Below are positions 38,732 to 47,692 of a stretch of 64,000 bases of DNA, piece by piece; the first letter of the stretch is position 1; every line of letters begins with the position of its first letter. The position numbers were made by a program, and so were the translations under genes. Origin of the DNA: an uncultured bacterium (lineage in GTDB: Bacteria; Krumholzibacteriota; Krumholzibacteriia; WVZY01); assembly GCA_965372355.1 (NCBI GenBank), contig CBDVBZ010000003.1, positions 26,517-90,516 on the forward strand, read 5' to 3'. The notes under the pieces are model-generated. The model made no database searches, was not told the origin of the DNA, and saw only the letters and a program-made list of their open reading frames with translations.

Positions 38732-39142
38732 ATGATTATGCCGGGCACGGAGACGAAGACGATCAACCAGTATTGCTCGGTTTGTAAAGACCACTTCGAT
38801 ATGGAAGTTGTCAAACAAGGCAGCGGCAAGGGCGTGATATGGCTCAAATGCCCTGGCTGCCAGGGTTTTCTTCCATACATGCAGGAAGAGGCCGATGAGG
38901 CCGATTCGTCGAAGGCGGACTCGGTGGAATCGAAGGAAATCGCTCTTGAAGATCTCGATATCGAGAACGCGAAGGAGTATTCGGAGGACCAGATTTACGA
39001 AATCGACGAGATCCTGCATCACAGGTCGTGGAATGACTACGGAAGGGTCGTCGGAAAAGGCCAACTGCCGGGAAACCGTCAGACGATTTGGGTTCAGTTT
39101 TTGAGACAGGGCAAGATTCAGCTGCTCGAGGGAGTAAAGTAA
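38732..39142 (+). CDS. Zn-ribbon + acidic linker + SH3/Tudor-like small protein
   Basis: GGAGTTGGGAG RBS; CSVC...CPGC; YEIDEILHH.SW.DYG.V...VQF. Confidence 0.75.
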   Translation: MIMPGTETKTINQYCSVCKDHFDMEVVKQGSGKGVIWLKCPGCQGFLPYMQEEADEADSSKADSVESKEIALEDLDIENAKEYSEDQIYEIDEILHHRSWNDYGRVVGKGQLPGNRQTIWVQFLRQGKIQLLEGVK

Positions 39143-39187
39143 ACGAACACAGCCGGGATTTTCCGCATTCGAATCCGGCAAGGGGTC

Positions 39188-39958
39188 ATGGGCCTCCTTG
39201 CCGGTCTGTGTTTTAGCCTCGCATCGCCGCAAGAGGTTCTTCCCACAAGTAGTTATCAGGATTTTAGCCGCACAGCCTACTTTCTCGTCACCCCCCCACA
39301 GCTTTCTCTCGAAGGCAGGGCCGTCCGGGCCGAGGCGTCAAACAATGAGGCGGCTATCTACACACTGGGCGCGTTGATGCCCTTCAGACTGTTTCTGTTC
39401 CAGCTCGAGGTGCCGTATATATCGCTTGTTACCAGTAACAATATCCTCGATGGCTTCGGTGACCCGGTGCTTCGTCTGAGATTCAAGGCGTGGGCCGGTG
39501 AGAGCGCATCCGTCTTTCTGCTTTCCGGAGTGCGTATGGGTTCGCTGCCGTTCCTGCTATCCGACGAAACCCTGTTCCCCTATTCGACTGGCAGTCTGGA
39601 TCTCAGCTTCGGTGCGGCCTTTGTCGACACGTTGGCGACCATCACATGGTGGGCGTCGCTTACCGGAACCTATCCGACTCGTGTGGACGACACGCTCAAA
39701 GATGCTGAGCTTCACGGCTCGTACTCCACATTTAGTGCGGGCACCCGGTTTCCGATAGCCAGAAAGCTCGATCTCCAGCTCGGAGCCGCTATGATTATTC
39801 CCGCCAGTGGGTCCTTTCGGCAGCTCTATTTCGCCAACATCGACTGGCGGTATACCGGTGTGGCCGGTTTCTATGGTTACGGACAGTACGAGGGCGGGAC
39901 AAAAGAGGACTGGGCGGCGGATTACGCGATCGGTGTGGGTACGAAATTCAACTTCTGA
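39188..39958 (+). CDS. Probable outer-membrane beta-barrel (MetA-pathway/transporter-like)
   Basis: Amphipathic strands, GFGD..LRL.F, terminal aromatic GVGTKFNF. Confidence 0.6.
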   Translation: MGLLAGLCFSLASPQEVLPTSSYQDFSRTAYFLVTPPQLSLEGRAVRAEASNNEAAIYTLGALMPFRLFLFQLEVPYISLVTSNNILDGFGDPVLRLRFKAWAGESASVFLLSGVRMGSLPFLLSDETLFPYSTGSLDLSFGAAFVDTLATITWWASLTGTYPTRVDDTLKDAELHGSYSTFSAGTRFPIARKLDLQLGAAMIIPASGSFRQLYFANIDWRYTGVAGFYGYGQYEGGTKEDWAADYAIGVGTKFNF

Positions 39959-40250
39959 CATACTTTTGCGGCGAAATCTCGCGTTGCGCAATCCCCATTG
40001 ACCGCAGGATCGAGCCTGGCCAAGAACGCTACGGCGAGCGCCCAATATGCGCGTTTCCCCTGGTGTCTCCTGAAGGAACAAGGGGGTTTATTCCAACCGA
40101 CGCTTACCGGGGGTGATCGGCCGTTTGCCGCATACCAGCAGGCCCATCCGTGGCATAGACCTTGCCCGTTGAATCTGTAGCTACACCCTATTGGTTAGCG
40201 TACATCAATGGATTACATCATCCCCGGCAACGGGGTGGGGTGGATACAGA

Positions 40251-41687
40251 ATGAAGACCGTTTTCATTGCCGATGACGACGGGCTCCTGAGAGAAATGCT
40301 CGCGCGGTCTCTCGAAAAAGAGAGCTACCGCGTCAGAACGTTTGGCTCGCCGACCGAGCTGTTATCGATTCTCGACACGGACCCACCGGATATCGTTATT
40401 TCCGATGTTAAAATGCCCGAAATGAGCGGGATCGAGCTTGTCGAAGCCATACGGGAGCGGTGGACGTCTCTTCCCATCATCATGATGTCCGGTCACGTTG
40501 CTCTCGAGGTCGAGAATCGGGCCCGTGAGCTTGGTGTGAGGCATGTGTTGACGAAACCGATCAAGGACCCACGGATACTGGCGTCTCTGATCGACGAAAC
40601 GCTTAACGGTGCCGAGATCGACTCAGCCCCGTTGGAAGGCTTGGATCAACTCCGGCTGAGTTTTTTGACAAGTTTGTCGCACGAGCTGCGAACGCCGCTG
40701 ACGGCCATCAAAATCGCCCTCGACGGCCTGTTTGCGGATGAAGTCACCGACACGACCCCAGCATCTCGCAAACTCATCAATATCAGCCAACGAAATCTCG
40801 ATCGCATCGTTCGGCTCGTGGAGAACCAGCTCGATCTTCTGCAGGTCACGTTGGGAGAGGTTGCCGTTTCGCGACGGTTGGCGAGCCTCAAAGCCGTTGT
40901 GGGGAGTGCGGTCAGTATGGGTGCGGAGAACCCGCGTGCGATGCGAAACCACCCCCTCGCCGACGGCGATGATCTCTATTTGTTCACGGATCCAGAGCGG
41001 CTGCGGAGTGTGATCGAGTATCTGTTAAACAGCGCATCGGGCGCATTGATCGAAGGTTGCGCCGTTGAAGACGACGGGCGCGAGATCGTTGTCGAATTCA
41101 CAAACACAAACGTAGCAAAAGTATCCGGAGAGAACCTGAGCTTCAGCGACGTAGGTTCCTCGATCGATGTGCTGCTGGATCCATCCGTCGAGTTGTCGGA
41201 TCTCGAGCACCGCGCGCGCCGATGCCTCGTCGAGGCGCTCGGAGCGCGGATCGATATCCTCGACGACGGGGGGGTGGAGAGCGCGCGGTTGCACCTGCCG
41301 GTCTTCCCGCGGTTCGACAGGTGCGTGGATTGTGAGTTTCCTCTCGAGCACCTTCGGCGTGCTGCCGTGTTGAACGGCAAACGGGTAACCGTCATCAGGT
41401 GCAGCGTCCACAGCAACCACGACCGCGCCACGCAGCTACAGCCGGCGGAGCGCGAATTCCTGCAGCGATGTCTCTCGACGCTGTCGGACGGAGACGTCCT
41501 CGTCAGAGGCCCACACGCCGGCGAGTACTATCTGGCTGTGCTGGAACGGACCGACGGTCAGGTCGAGGAGATCATGGCCTTTGTCGAAACACCGGGTTTC
41601 CCGCAGACGGAGGACGCCGTTGTCACGGAACGGGTTCCCGGCACAGACGAGCCTTTCACAGAAAAATTCGCCCGAATCGAGGAGTAA
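40251..41687 (+). CDS. REC + HisKA hybrid with degenerate HATPase and GGDEF-like tail
   Basis: ADDD, SDVKMP, SHELRTPL intact; N/G boxes not recognisable. Confidence 0.8.
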   Translation: MKTVFIADDDGLLREMLARSLEKESYRVRTFGSPTELLSILDTDPPDIVISDVKMPEMSGIELVEAIRERWTSLPIIMMSGHVALEVENRARELGVRHVLTKPIKDPRILASLIDETLNGAEIDSAPLEGLDQLRLSFLTSLSHELRTPLTAIKIALDGLFADEVTDTTPASRKLINISQRNLDRIVRLVENQLDLLQVTLGEVAVSRRLASLKAVVGSAVSMGAENPRAMRNHPLADGDDLYLFTDPERLRSVIEYLLNSASGALIEGCAVEDDGREIVVEFTNTNVAKVSGENLSFSDVGSSIDVLLDPSVELSDLEHRARRCLVEALGARIDILDDGGVESARLHLPVFPRFDRCVDCEFPLEHLRRAAVLNGKRVTVIRCSVHSNHDRATQLQPAEREFLQRCLSTLSDGDVLVRGPHAGEYYLAVLERTDGQVEEIMAFVETPGFPQTEDAVVTERVPGTDEPFTEKFARIEE

Positions 41688-41702
41688 GCTGTTTGGCGGT
41701 TG

Positions 41703-41757
41703 AGCCCTTCCAGGACAGGCGTCAAACTTGCCGGTTGGACCCCGTCCTGGAAGGGCT
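41703..41757. repeat. Inverted repeat between convergent genes, built from the CCCTTCCAGGAC motif (REP-like / bidirectional terminator)
   Basis: AGCCCTTCCAGGAC (41703-41716) and GTCCTGGAAGGGCT (41744-41757). Confidence 0.75.
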
Positions 41758-41772
41758 GTCTTCAGGTCAGCG

Positions 41773-43173
41773 TTAAGAACGGTTCAGCAGCGAACTCATC
41801 TTCGACTGCTGTTTTTGCTTCTTGAGGATGCTTTCGGACGTGATCGTATGGACACGTTCGGGGAGTCCCAGAAGGATCAAACTGAGCGGTGTGTCGATGG
41901 TGTCATCTTTCGACCGAACCCGGTCCTTGAAAACGAAGAGACCCTTCGCGGCCGATTTTAGCAGGGTCTGCACAGCCGCTCGGCCGCGCGTGCGGCCACT
42001 CTTGCAGTGATACACCTCACCATTGTCAAAGTAGATCTTGCCGCTTGCCGACGGTGTTCTGAGAATCAGCACGCCGGTGCGCCGATGCGTGTTTATGAGC
42101 GTCAGTAGCTCCTGGAGGCGGAAGTGCTCCAGCCGTCCCGACAGTGACTGTCGAGGGGAGAACCCCTGAACGAGCATGTGAGTCAACGGCGAGGTGAAAA
42201 CGAGGAGACCCAGAAGGATTGTCAGCAGAATGTCGAGATGGCCTCTCAGAGCTTGGGTCAGCGAAACCAGACCGTTACCGGAAGGAGCTGCGTATTTTTT
42301 GATGAACGCCCACCAGGCGCTCAAACGTTTGGAGGCGTCCCAGCCAAGGACGCTTTTCCCGCTGCCGTTGGCCCCCTGGCCCAGCTGACTCTTCGCCCAC
42401 ACGTTCTCCGGATCGATCTGGATGATTCGTGCGATGGCCTGCATCGCGTCATTGTGTCCCTCGAAGGTGCCTGCCTGCAGGGATCGCTGGGCCCTCGCTG
42501 TCAGGTTGTCGATTTCTTTCCGGTGCTTTGCAGCCTTCGCCGTCGATTTGAGATGCTCGAACCGCGCGTCCCGGCTGAGTCTCTGGGCGCGTTCGATCTC
42601 GGCCAGCGCCGCTTCGGGATTGCCCGTCTTGAGGTGACACTCGGCTTTTCTGTAGTGGAGATTCGCATTCTCCGGTTGTGTCGTCAGCAGGATGGCCAGT
42701 TTGGGGATGGCCGGTTCGTAGGCGCGGACGGCGATCAGCGAGTCGATCTCCGACTCGAGCGCCGTGGAGAGCTTGCGTGTGATGTCCGCGTGACGACGGA
42801 TGATTTCGGGGTCAGCCGGCCGGATGACCAGAGCCCTCATCAGCAGTCCCCGGGCGTACTGGAACTGGCCGGTCGCCTCGTAGATGATGGCAAGCTCCTG
42901 CATGGCGTCGATGTTGTCCGGTTCACGTACGAGAACGCTCTTGTAAAGCATCTCGGCGAGATCGTAGCGATCGGCGATGAACATCTCCCGCGCGCTTTCC
43001 AGCAGCTCGACGGTACTGGCCGTCGAGTCAAACGCGACCGTCGTAATGGCATGCGCCGCCGCCGGGTCCGCGTTGGGATCGGAGTCCGACCCGAGGGTCG
43101 ATCCGACCGCGGGACCGGCCACCAGCACGGCCAGGGCAATGCACCCAAATAAGTTCAAATAACGGAGGCTCAT
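41773..43173 (-). CDS. Signal peptide + TPRs + TM helix + DUF4388 (PatA-N) domain protein
   Basis: TPR helices; LSGRLEHFRLQELL...RRTGVL...GKIYFDNGEV. Confidence 0.8.
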   Translation of the reverse strand: MSLRYLNLFGCIALAVLVAGPAVGSTLGSDSDPNADPAAAHAITTVAFDSTASTVELLESAREMFIADRYDLAEMLYKSVLVREPDNIDAMQELAIIYEATGQFQYARGLLMRALVIRPADPEIIRRHADITRKLSTALESEIDSLIAVRAYEPAIPKLAILLTTQPENANLHYRKAECHLKTGNPEAALAEIERAQRLSRDARFEHLKSTAKAAKHRKEIDNLTARAQRSLQAGTFEGHNDAMQAIARIIQIDPENVWAKSQLGQGANGSGKSVLGWDASKRLSAWWAFIKKYAAPSGNGLVSLTQALRGHLDILLTILLGLLVFTSPLTHMLVQGFSPRQSLSGRLEHFRLQELLTLINTHRRTGVLILRTPSASGKIYFDNGEVYHCKSGRTRGRAAVQTLLKSAAKGLFVFKDRVRSKDDTIDTPLSLILLGLPERVHTITSESILKKQKQQSKMSSLLNRS

Positions 43174-43302
43174 ACGCTGGTATCGAAACGCAACATCCGT
43201 ACCAGCATCCGGCAAAAATGGAGGGCCGTAATCTATTAACATACAGTCGGTTGGCTATTTGCGGGGGAGCGGGACCGGCCGTCACGGTGCCAAAATGCGA
43301 GA

Positions 43303-43890
43303 TCACAGCCCGAGAACGTCGGAAACCCCTCGCATGGCGTCGATCACGTTCTGGATGTGATCCTGGAGAGGCATCCCCATTCCCTCGGCGCCCTCGCGGA
43401 TCTCGTCGCGGTTGACGGAACGCGCAAACGACTTGTCCTTGAGCTTCTTCTTGACCGACTTGACCTTGACGTCCTCGACACGCTTCGAGGGTCTGACGAG
43501 CGCAACGGCCGTCACCATGCCGCAGAGCTCGTCGACGGCAAAGAGGGTTTTCTCCATCTTTGTGTCTCGCGGCACGTGGGTGTGGCTGGCGTGTGACAAA
43601 ATGGCCTTCACAAATGCCTCGTCATAGCCCCGCGAGCGGAGGATCTCGGCTCCCTTGAAGGGATGATCCTCGAGAGAGGGGTACTGTTCGTAGTCAAAGT
43701 CGTGGAGCAATCCCAGGACCCCCCAGAGCTCCTCATCCTCGCCAAAAATGTGCGCGTAGTGCCGCATGGCCGCTTCCACGGCCAGTGCGTGCTTGACGAG
43801 GTTCTCGTTCTTCGTGTACTCGGTCAGCAGGTTGAATGCTTCCTCGCGGCCCGGAGCTTTCACGGGGTATCCTCCATTCGGTGGGTTCAA
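43303..43890 (-). CDS. HDIG-type HD-domain phosphohydrolase
   Basis: LVKHALAVE, GLLHDFDYE, HPFKG, ILSHA, AVDEL. Confidence 0.9.
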   Translation of the reverse strand: MNPPNGGYPVKAPGREEAFNLLTEYTKNENLVKHALAVEAAMRHYAHIFGEDEELWGVLGLLHDFDYEQYPSLEDHPFKGAEILRSRGYDEAFVKAILSHASHTHVPRDTKMEKTLFAVDELCGMVTAVALVRPSKRVEDVKVKSVKKKLKDKSFARSVNRDEIREGAEGMGMPLQDHIQNVIDAMRGVSDVLGL

Positions 43891-43960
43891 AATTGATCTG
43901 AATGCGTGTATCTTCTATATTTAAGCCTGTTTGAGTTGCCCCCGTCAACCGGGATAGACG

Positions 43961-45748
43961 ATGAACGATAATAGCACGCGAAAGAAAGAGCGGCGAAAGG
44001 CGCTCGCGGCGGTAGGCCGCTATCTTGCCCGTTACAAGATCAGTCTTGTGATCGGCGGCATCTGCCTCGTCTTCGCCGATTCCTTTGCGCTCGTCACGCC
44101 CTGGATTCTCAAGGTTACGATCGATGACCTCCAGGGGGGAATGGTCCGTGATCGTCTCCTCTCCCTCGCGCTGCTGTTCGTCGGTATCACGATGGTCTCC
44201 GGCGTATTTCGCTTTCTCATGCGGCGCATCATGATCGGTGTCTCGCGAAAGATCGAGCTCGACATGCGTGGAGACTATTTCGCTCACCTCGAGCGACTCA
44301 GCCCGTCGTTCTACAACAAGAATCGGACGGGTGATCTTATGGCGCTCGCGACAAATGATCTCAACGCGGTTCGTTCACTGGTTGGCCCCGGCGTCATGTA
44401 TTCGCTCAATACGACGGTCGTCGGTGCCATGGCACTTTCGCTGATGATTGTTCTTTCCTGGAAGCTCACGATCGTCGCGATGCTGCCCATGGTAATCCTG
44501 GTGGTTGGCATGTATCACAGCATCAGGCTCATCCACAAGTATTTCGAAAAAGTGCAGGAGCGCTTCGCCGGACTCAACTCCCGCGCGCAGGAAAACCTCA
44601 GCGGTGTTCGAGTCGTGAGGGCATACGCGCGGGAAGAGCACGAGAGCGCCGAGTTCGAGGACGCGAGCCGGGTATACGTAAGAGCCAACATGAAACTCTA
44701 CAAGGTCCAGAGTCTCCTCCAGCCCTTGCTCACGAGTGTTGCCGGGTTGGGGGCGCTGTTCATACTCGCCTACGGTGGGAGGCAGGTGATAGGCGGGACG
44801 ATAACCCTGGGGACGTTCGTGGCCTTCACCGGTTATCTGACGATGTTGATATGGCCGATGATCGCGCTTGGCTGGGTCATGAACATCATGGAACGCGGGC
44901 TTGCGTCGATGCAGCGGATCAACAGGGTTCTCCACAGCGAGCCCGAGATAACGGATAGTGTCGCAAAGACGGGTAGTGCTGTGCCGTTTCGGGATTACTC
45001 GATCGTCTTCGAGAATGTCTCTTTTAGCTATGACCCGGATCAGAAACGAGAGCCCGTGCTGAAGGATGTCACGCTCACGATAGGCGACGGTGAGACCGTC
45101 GCCGTCGTCGGACCCACGGGAGCGGGCAAGACATCACTCGTGTCGTTGATCCTGAGGCTTTATGAGCCCCAATCGGGCCGGATCCTGGTGGGCGGCCGGC
45201 CGATCGAGAGTATTCCACTGCGCGAGCTCAGAACCCTGATCAGTCTGATCCCGCAGGATGTCTTTCTCTTCTCGCAGACAATCGCCGAAAACGTGTCGTT
45301 TGGCGTCGCAGAGCTCGGAGACAGAGAGCTCGACCGGTTTACTCGTGCGGCGGCCGTGTACGACGAGATTCAGGGCTTTCCCGGTAAGTACAAGACAATG
45401 ATCGGAGAGCGCGGCATCAATTTGTCCGGCGGGCAAAAGCAGCGGCTGGCGATAGCACGAGCACTCGCGAAGGACCCGGGTGTTTTGATACTCGACGATG
45501 CTCTCTCCAGCGTGGATACGGATACCGAGGAGAGAATTCTCACATCGCTCAGGGAGGAAATGCGAAAGAGGACATCGATCATCATCGCGCACAGAACATC
45601 GACGGTGAGGGAAGCAGACCGGATATTCGTTCTCGATGAGGGCCGGCTCGTGGAACAGGGGAGCCACAACGAGCTGGTTGCGGCTCGAGGGCTCTACGCC
45701 GACATGCATCAGAAACAGCGAATCATGTACAGCCTCGAGAGGAGCTAG
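43961..45748 (+). CDS. ABC exporter subunit (TMD+NBD, MdlA/YheI-like)
   Basis: GPTGAGKT, LSGGQKQR, LILDDALS (degenerate site typical of heterodimers). Confidence 0.93.
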   Translation: MNDNSTRKKERRKALAAVGRYLARYKISLVIGGICLVFADSFALVTPWILKVTIDDLQGGMVRDRLLSLALLFVGITMVSGVFRFLMRRIMIGVSRKIELDMRGDYFAHLERLSPSFYNKNRTGDLMALATNDLNAVRSLVGPGVMYSLNTTVVGAMALSLMIVLSWKLTIVAMLPMVILVVGMYHSIRLIHKYFEKVQERFAGLNSRAQENLSGVRVVRAYAREEHESAEFEDASRVYVRANMKLYKVQSLLQPLLTSVAGLGALFILAYGGRQVIGGTITLGTFVAFTGYLTMLIWPMIALGWVMNIMERGLASMQRINRVLHSEPEITDSVAKTGSAVPFRDYSIVFENVSFSYDPDQKREPVLKDVTLTIGDGETVAVVGPTGAGKTSLVSLILRLYEPQSGRILVGGRPIESIPLRELRTLISLIPQDVFLFSQTIAENVSFGVAELGDRELDRFTRAAAVYDEIQGFPGKYKTMIGERGINLSGGQKQRLAIARALAKDPGVLILDDALSSVDTDTEERILTSLREEMRKRTSIIIAHRTSTVREADRIFVLDEGRLVEQGSHNELVAARGLYADMHQKQRIMYSLERS

Positions 45749-45751
45749 TGG

Positions 45752-47560
45752 TTGGAGTACTTCGACGAAGATGAGGTGCAAGGAAAGCCATACGACCGGA
45801 AACTGATGGGCCGGATCATCGGTTACCTCCGCCCTTACCGGAAGTATGTTGTCATCAGCGTTATCCTGCTGCTGCTGGTCTCGCTGGTTCAGCTGGCGCC
45901 GCCCTACCTGACCAAGATCGCAATCGATCGGTATCTGGCGCCGGCCTCACCAATCGACATCGGTGCCCGCTACTCCGGGTTGATGCAGGTCGTCGGTGTC
46001 TTCTTTCTCGTGCTGCTCCTCTCTTTTGCGGCGACCTATTTTCAGATCTATGTAATGGCCTACGTCGGCCAACGGGTGATGTTCGACCTCCGTATGCAGA
46101 TTTTCAGACATCTGCAAAAAAAGGAGATCGCCTATTTCGACAAAAACCCCGTCGGCAGGCTGATGACGCGATTGACCAGTGACGTCGAGGTCCTCAACGA
46201 GACGTTGACATCGGGTGTCGTCGCCGTCTTTCTCGACCTGTTCACGCTGGTGGGGATCATGATCATGTTGTGCTATCTCAACCTGCGACTGGCGCTTGTG
46301 ACGTTCACCGTCGTGCCGTTGCTCTTTGTTGCCGCCATGATATTCCGGGCGAGGGTGCGCCACGCGTACCGTGATGTCCGAAAGCGCGTCGCATCGATAA
46401 ACGCGTTCCTCCAGGAAAACATCACCGGCATGAGCGTCGTACAGATATTCAACCGCGAAGAGGCTCAGTTCGAGAAGTTCGGCAGGCGCAACAAAAAGCT
46501 CTTTCAGGCGCACATCGATACGGTCGTGGCATACGCGGTCTTCTATCCGTTGATCGAAGTCCTCAGCGCGGTCGCGATCGCGTTGATCCTGTGGGTCGGT
46601 GGACGGGGTGTGTTGTCGAACGCCGTGACATTCGGAGCTCTGGTTGCCTTTATTCAGTATGCGCAGCGTTTCTACCGGCCGATCATGGACCTCAGCGAGA
46701 AGTACAACGTTCTGCAGTCGGCGATGGCGTCTTCCGAGCGGATTTTTGATCTCCTCGACAACGAGCCGCAGATCAAGGACTCGGCAACGCCCCGGCCGAT
46801 TCCCACCGAGTCGGCCGAAGTCGTCTTTGACAATGTCAGCTTCGCCTACAACCCCGGCGAGCCAGTGCTCCACGACGTGAGCTTCACCGTTGGAGCCGGC
46901 GAGAAGGTGGCGATCGTCGGGTATACGGGTTCAGGTAAGACTACTATTATTAATCTGTTATCGCGTTTCTACGGTGTCGGTCAGGGGAGAGTACTGATCG
47001 ATGGCACCGATATCAACGAGTATGCGCAGCGCGATCTGCATCGTTACATTGCCACGGTCCTCCAGGACGTGTTTCTCTTCTCGGGAGACATCGCCCACAA
47101 CATCCATCTCGGGGACGAGAGCATTAGCGATGAGAAAATGCGCGAAGTCTCCCAGTATATCAACGCCCACAAGTTCATCGACAGACTACCGGCGGGTTAC
47201 GGGGAGACGGTCGGGGAGCGCGGGCGCACGTTGTCGGTGGGCGAACGACAACTGTTATCGTTTGCCAGAGCGCTGGTCTACGAACCCAAGATCCTGGTAC
47301 TCGACGAAGCAACGTCGAGTGTCGACACTGAGACGGAGTACCTTGTTCAGGATGCCCTGCGAAAATTCATGTCGGGACGGACATCGATCGTGATCGCACA
47401 TCGCCTCTCGACGATCCGCTATGTCGACAGGATCATCGTGCTGCACAAGGGACGGATCATCGAAGAGGGAAGCCACAAAGAGCTCCTGAAAAAGGGCGGT
47501 CACTATTCCAAACTCTACGAGCTGCAGTACAAAGACCAGGAGATCGTGGAGGGCGCCTGA
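45752..47560 (+). CDS. ABC exporter subunit (MdlB/YheH-like)
   Basis: GYTGSGKT, LSVGERQL, LVLDEATS, IAHRLST; start could be TTG 45752 or adjacent GTG. Confidence 0.93.
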   Translation: MEYFDEDEVQGKPYDRKLMGRIIGYLRPYRKYVVISVILLLLVSLVQLAPPYLTKIAIDRYLAPASPIDIGARYSGLMQVVGVFFLVLLLSFAATYFQIYVMAYVGQRVMFDLRMQIFRHLQKKEIAYFDKNPVGRLMTRLTSDVEVLNETLTSGVVAVFLDLFTLVGIMIMLCYLNLRLALVTFTVVPLLFVAAMIFRARVRHAYRDVRKRVASINAFLQENITGMSVVQIFNREEAQFEKFGRRNKKLFQAHIDTVVAYAVFYPLIEVLSAVAIALILWVGGRGVLSNAVTFGALVAFIQYAQRFYRPIMDLSEKYNVLQSAMASSERIFDLLDNEPQIKDSATPRPIPTESAEVVFDNVSFAYNPGEPVLHDVSFTVGAGEKVAIVGYTGSGKTTIINLLSRFYGVGQGRVLIDGTDINEYAQRDLHRYIATVLQDVFLFSGDIAHNIHLGDESISDEKMREVSQYINAHKFIDRLPAGYGETVGERGRTLSVGERQLLSFARALVYEPKILVLDEATSSVDTETEYLVQDALRKFMSGRTSIVIAHRLSTIRYVDRIIVLHKGRIIEEGSHKELLKKGGHYSKLYELQYKDQEIVEGA

Positions 47561-47561
47561 C

Positions 47562-47672
47562 GGTCGTGGGTGGCGTCGTCCCGGTCCGCGCGCAGCCTGT
47601 CCTGGAAGGGCGTCAGCGAGCACGGCTGGGCTGTTCGGCAACCCCCTCCGGGGACAGGCAGGACCCGCGGCC
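47562..47672 (+). repeat. Structured intergenic repeat, copy D
   Basis: Stem GGTCGTGGGT/ACCCGCGGCC (two U.G); same core; carries inserted GCCTGTCCTGGAAGGGC (47595-47611). Confidence 0.8.
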
Positions 47673-47692
47673 AGCCCAAGGCACGGAGATAG

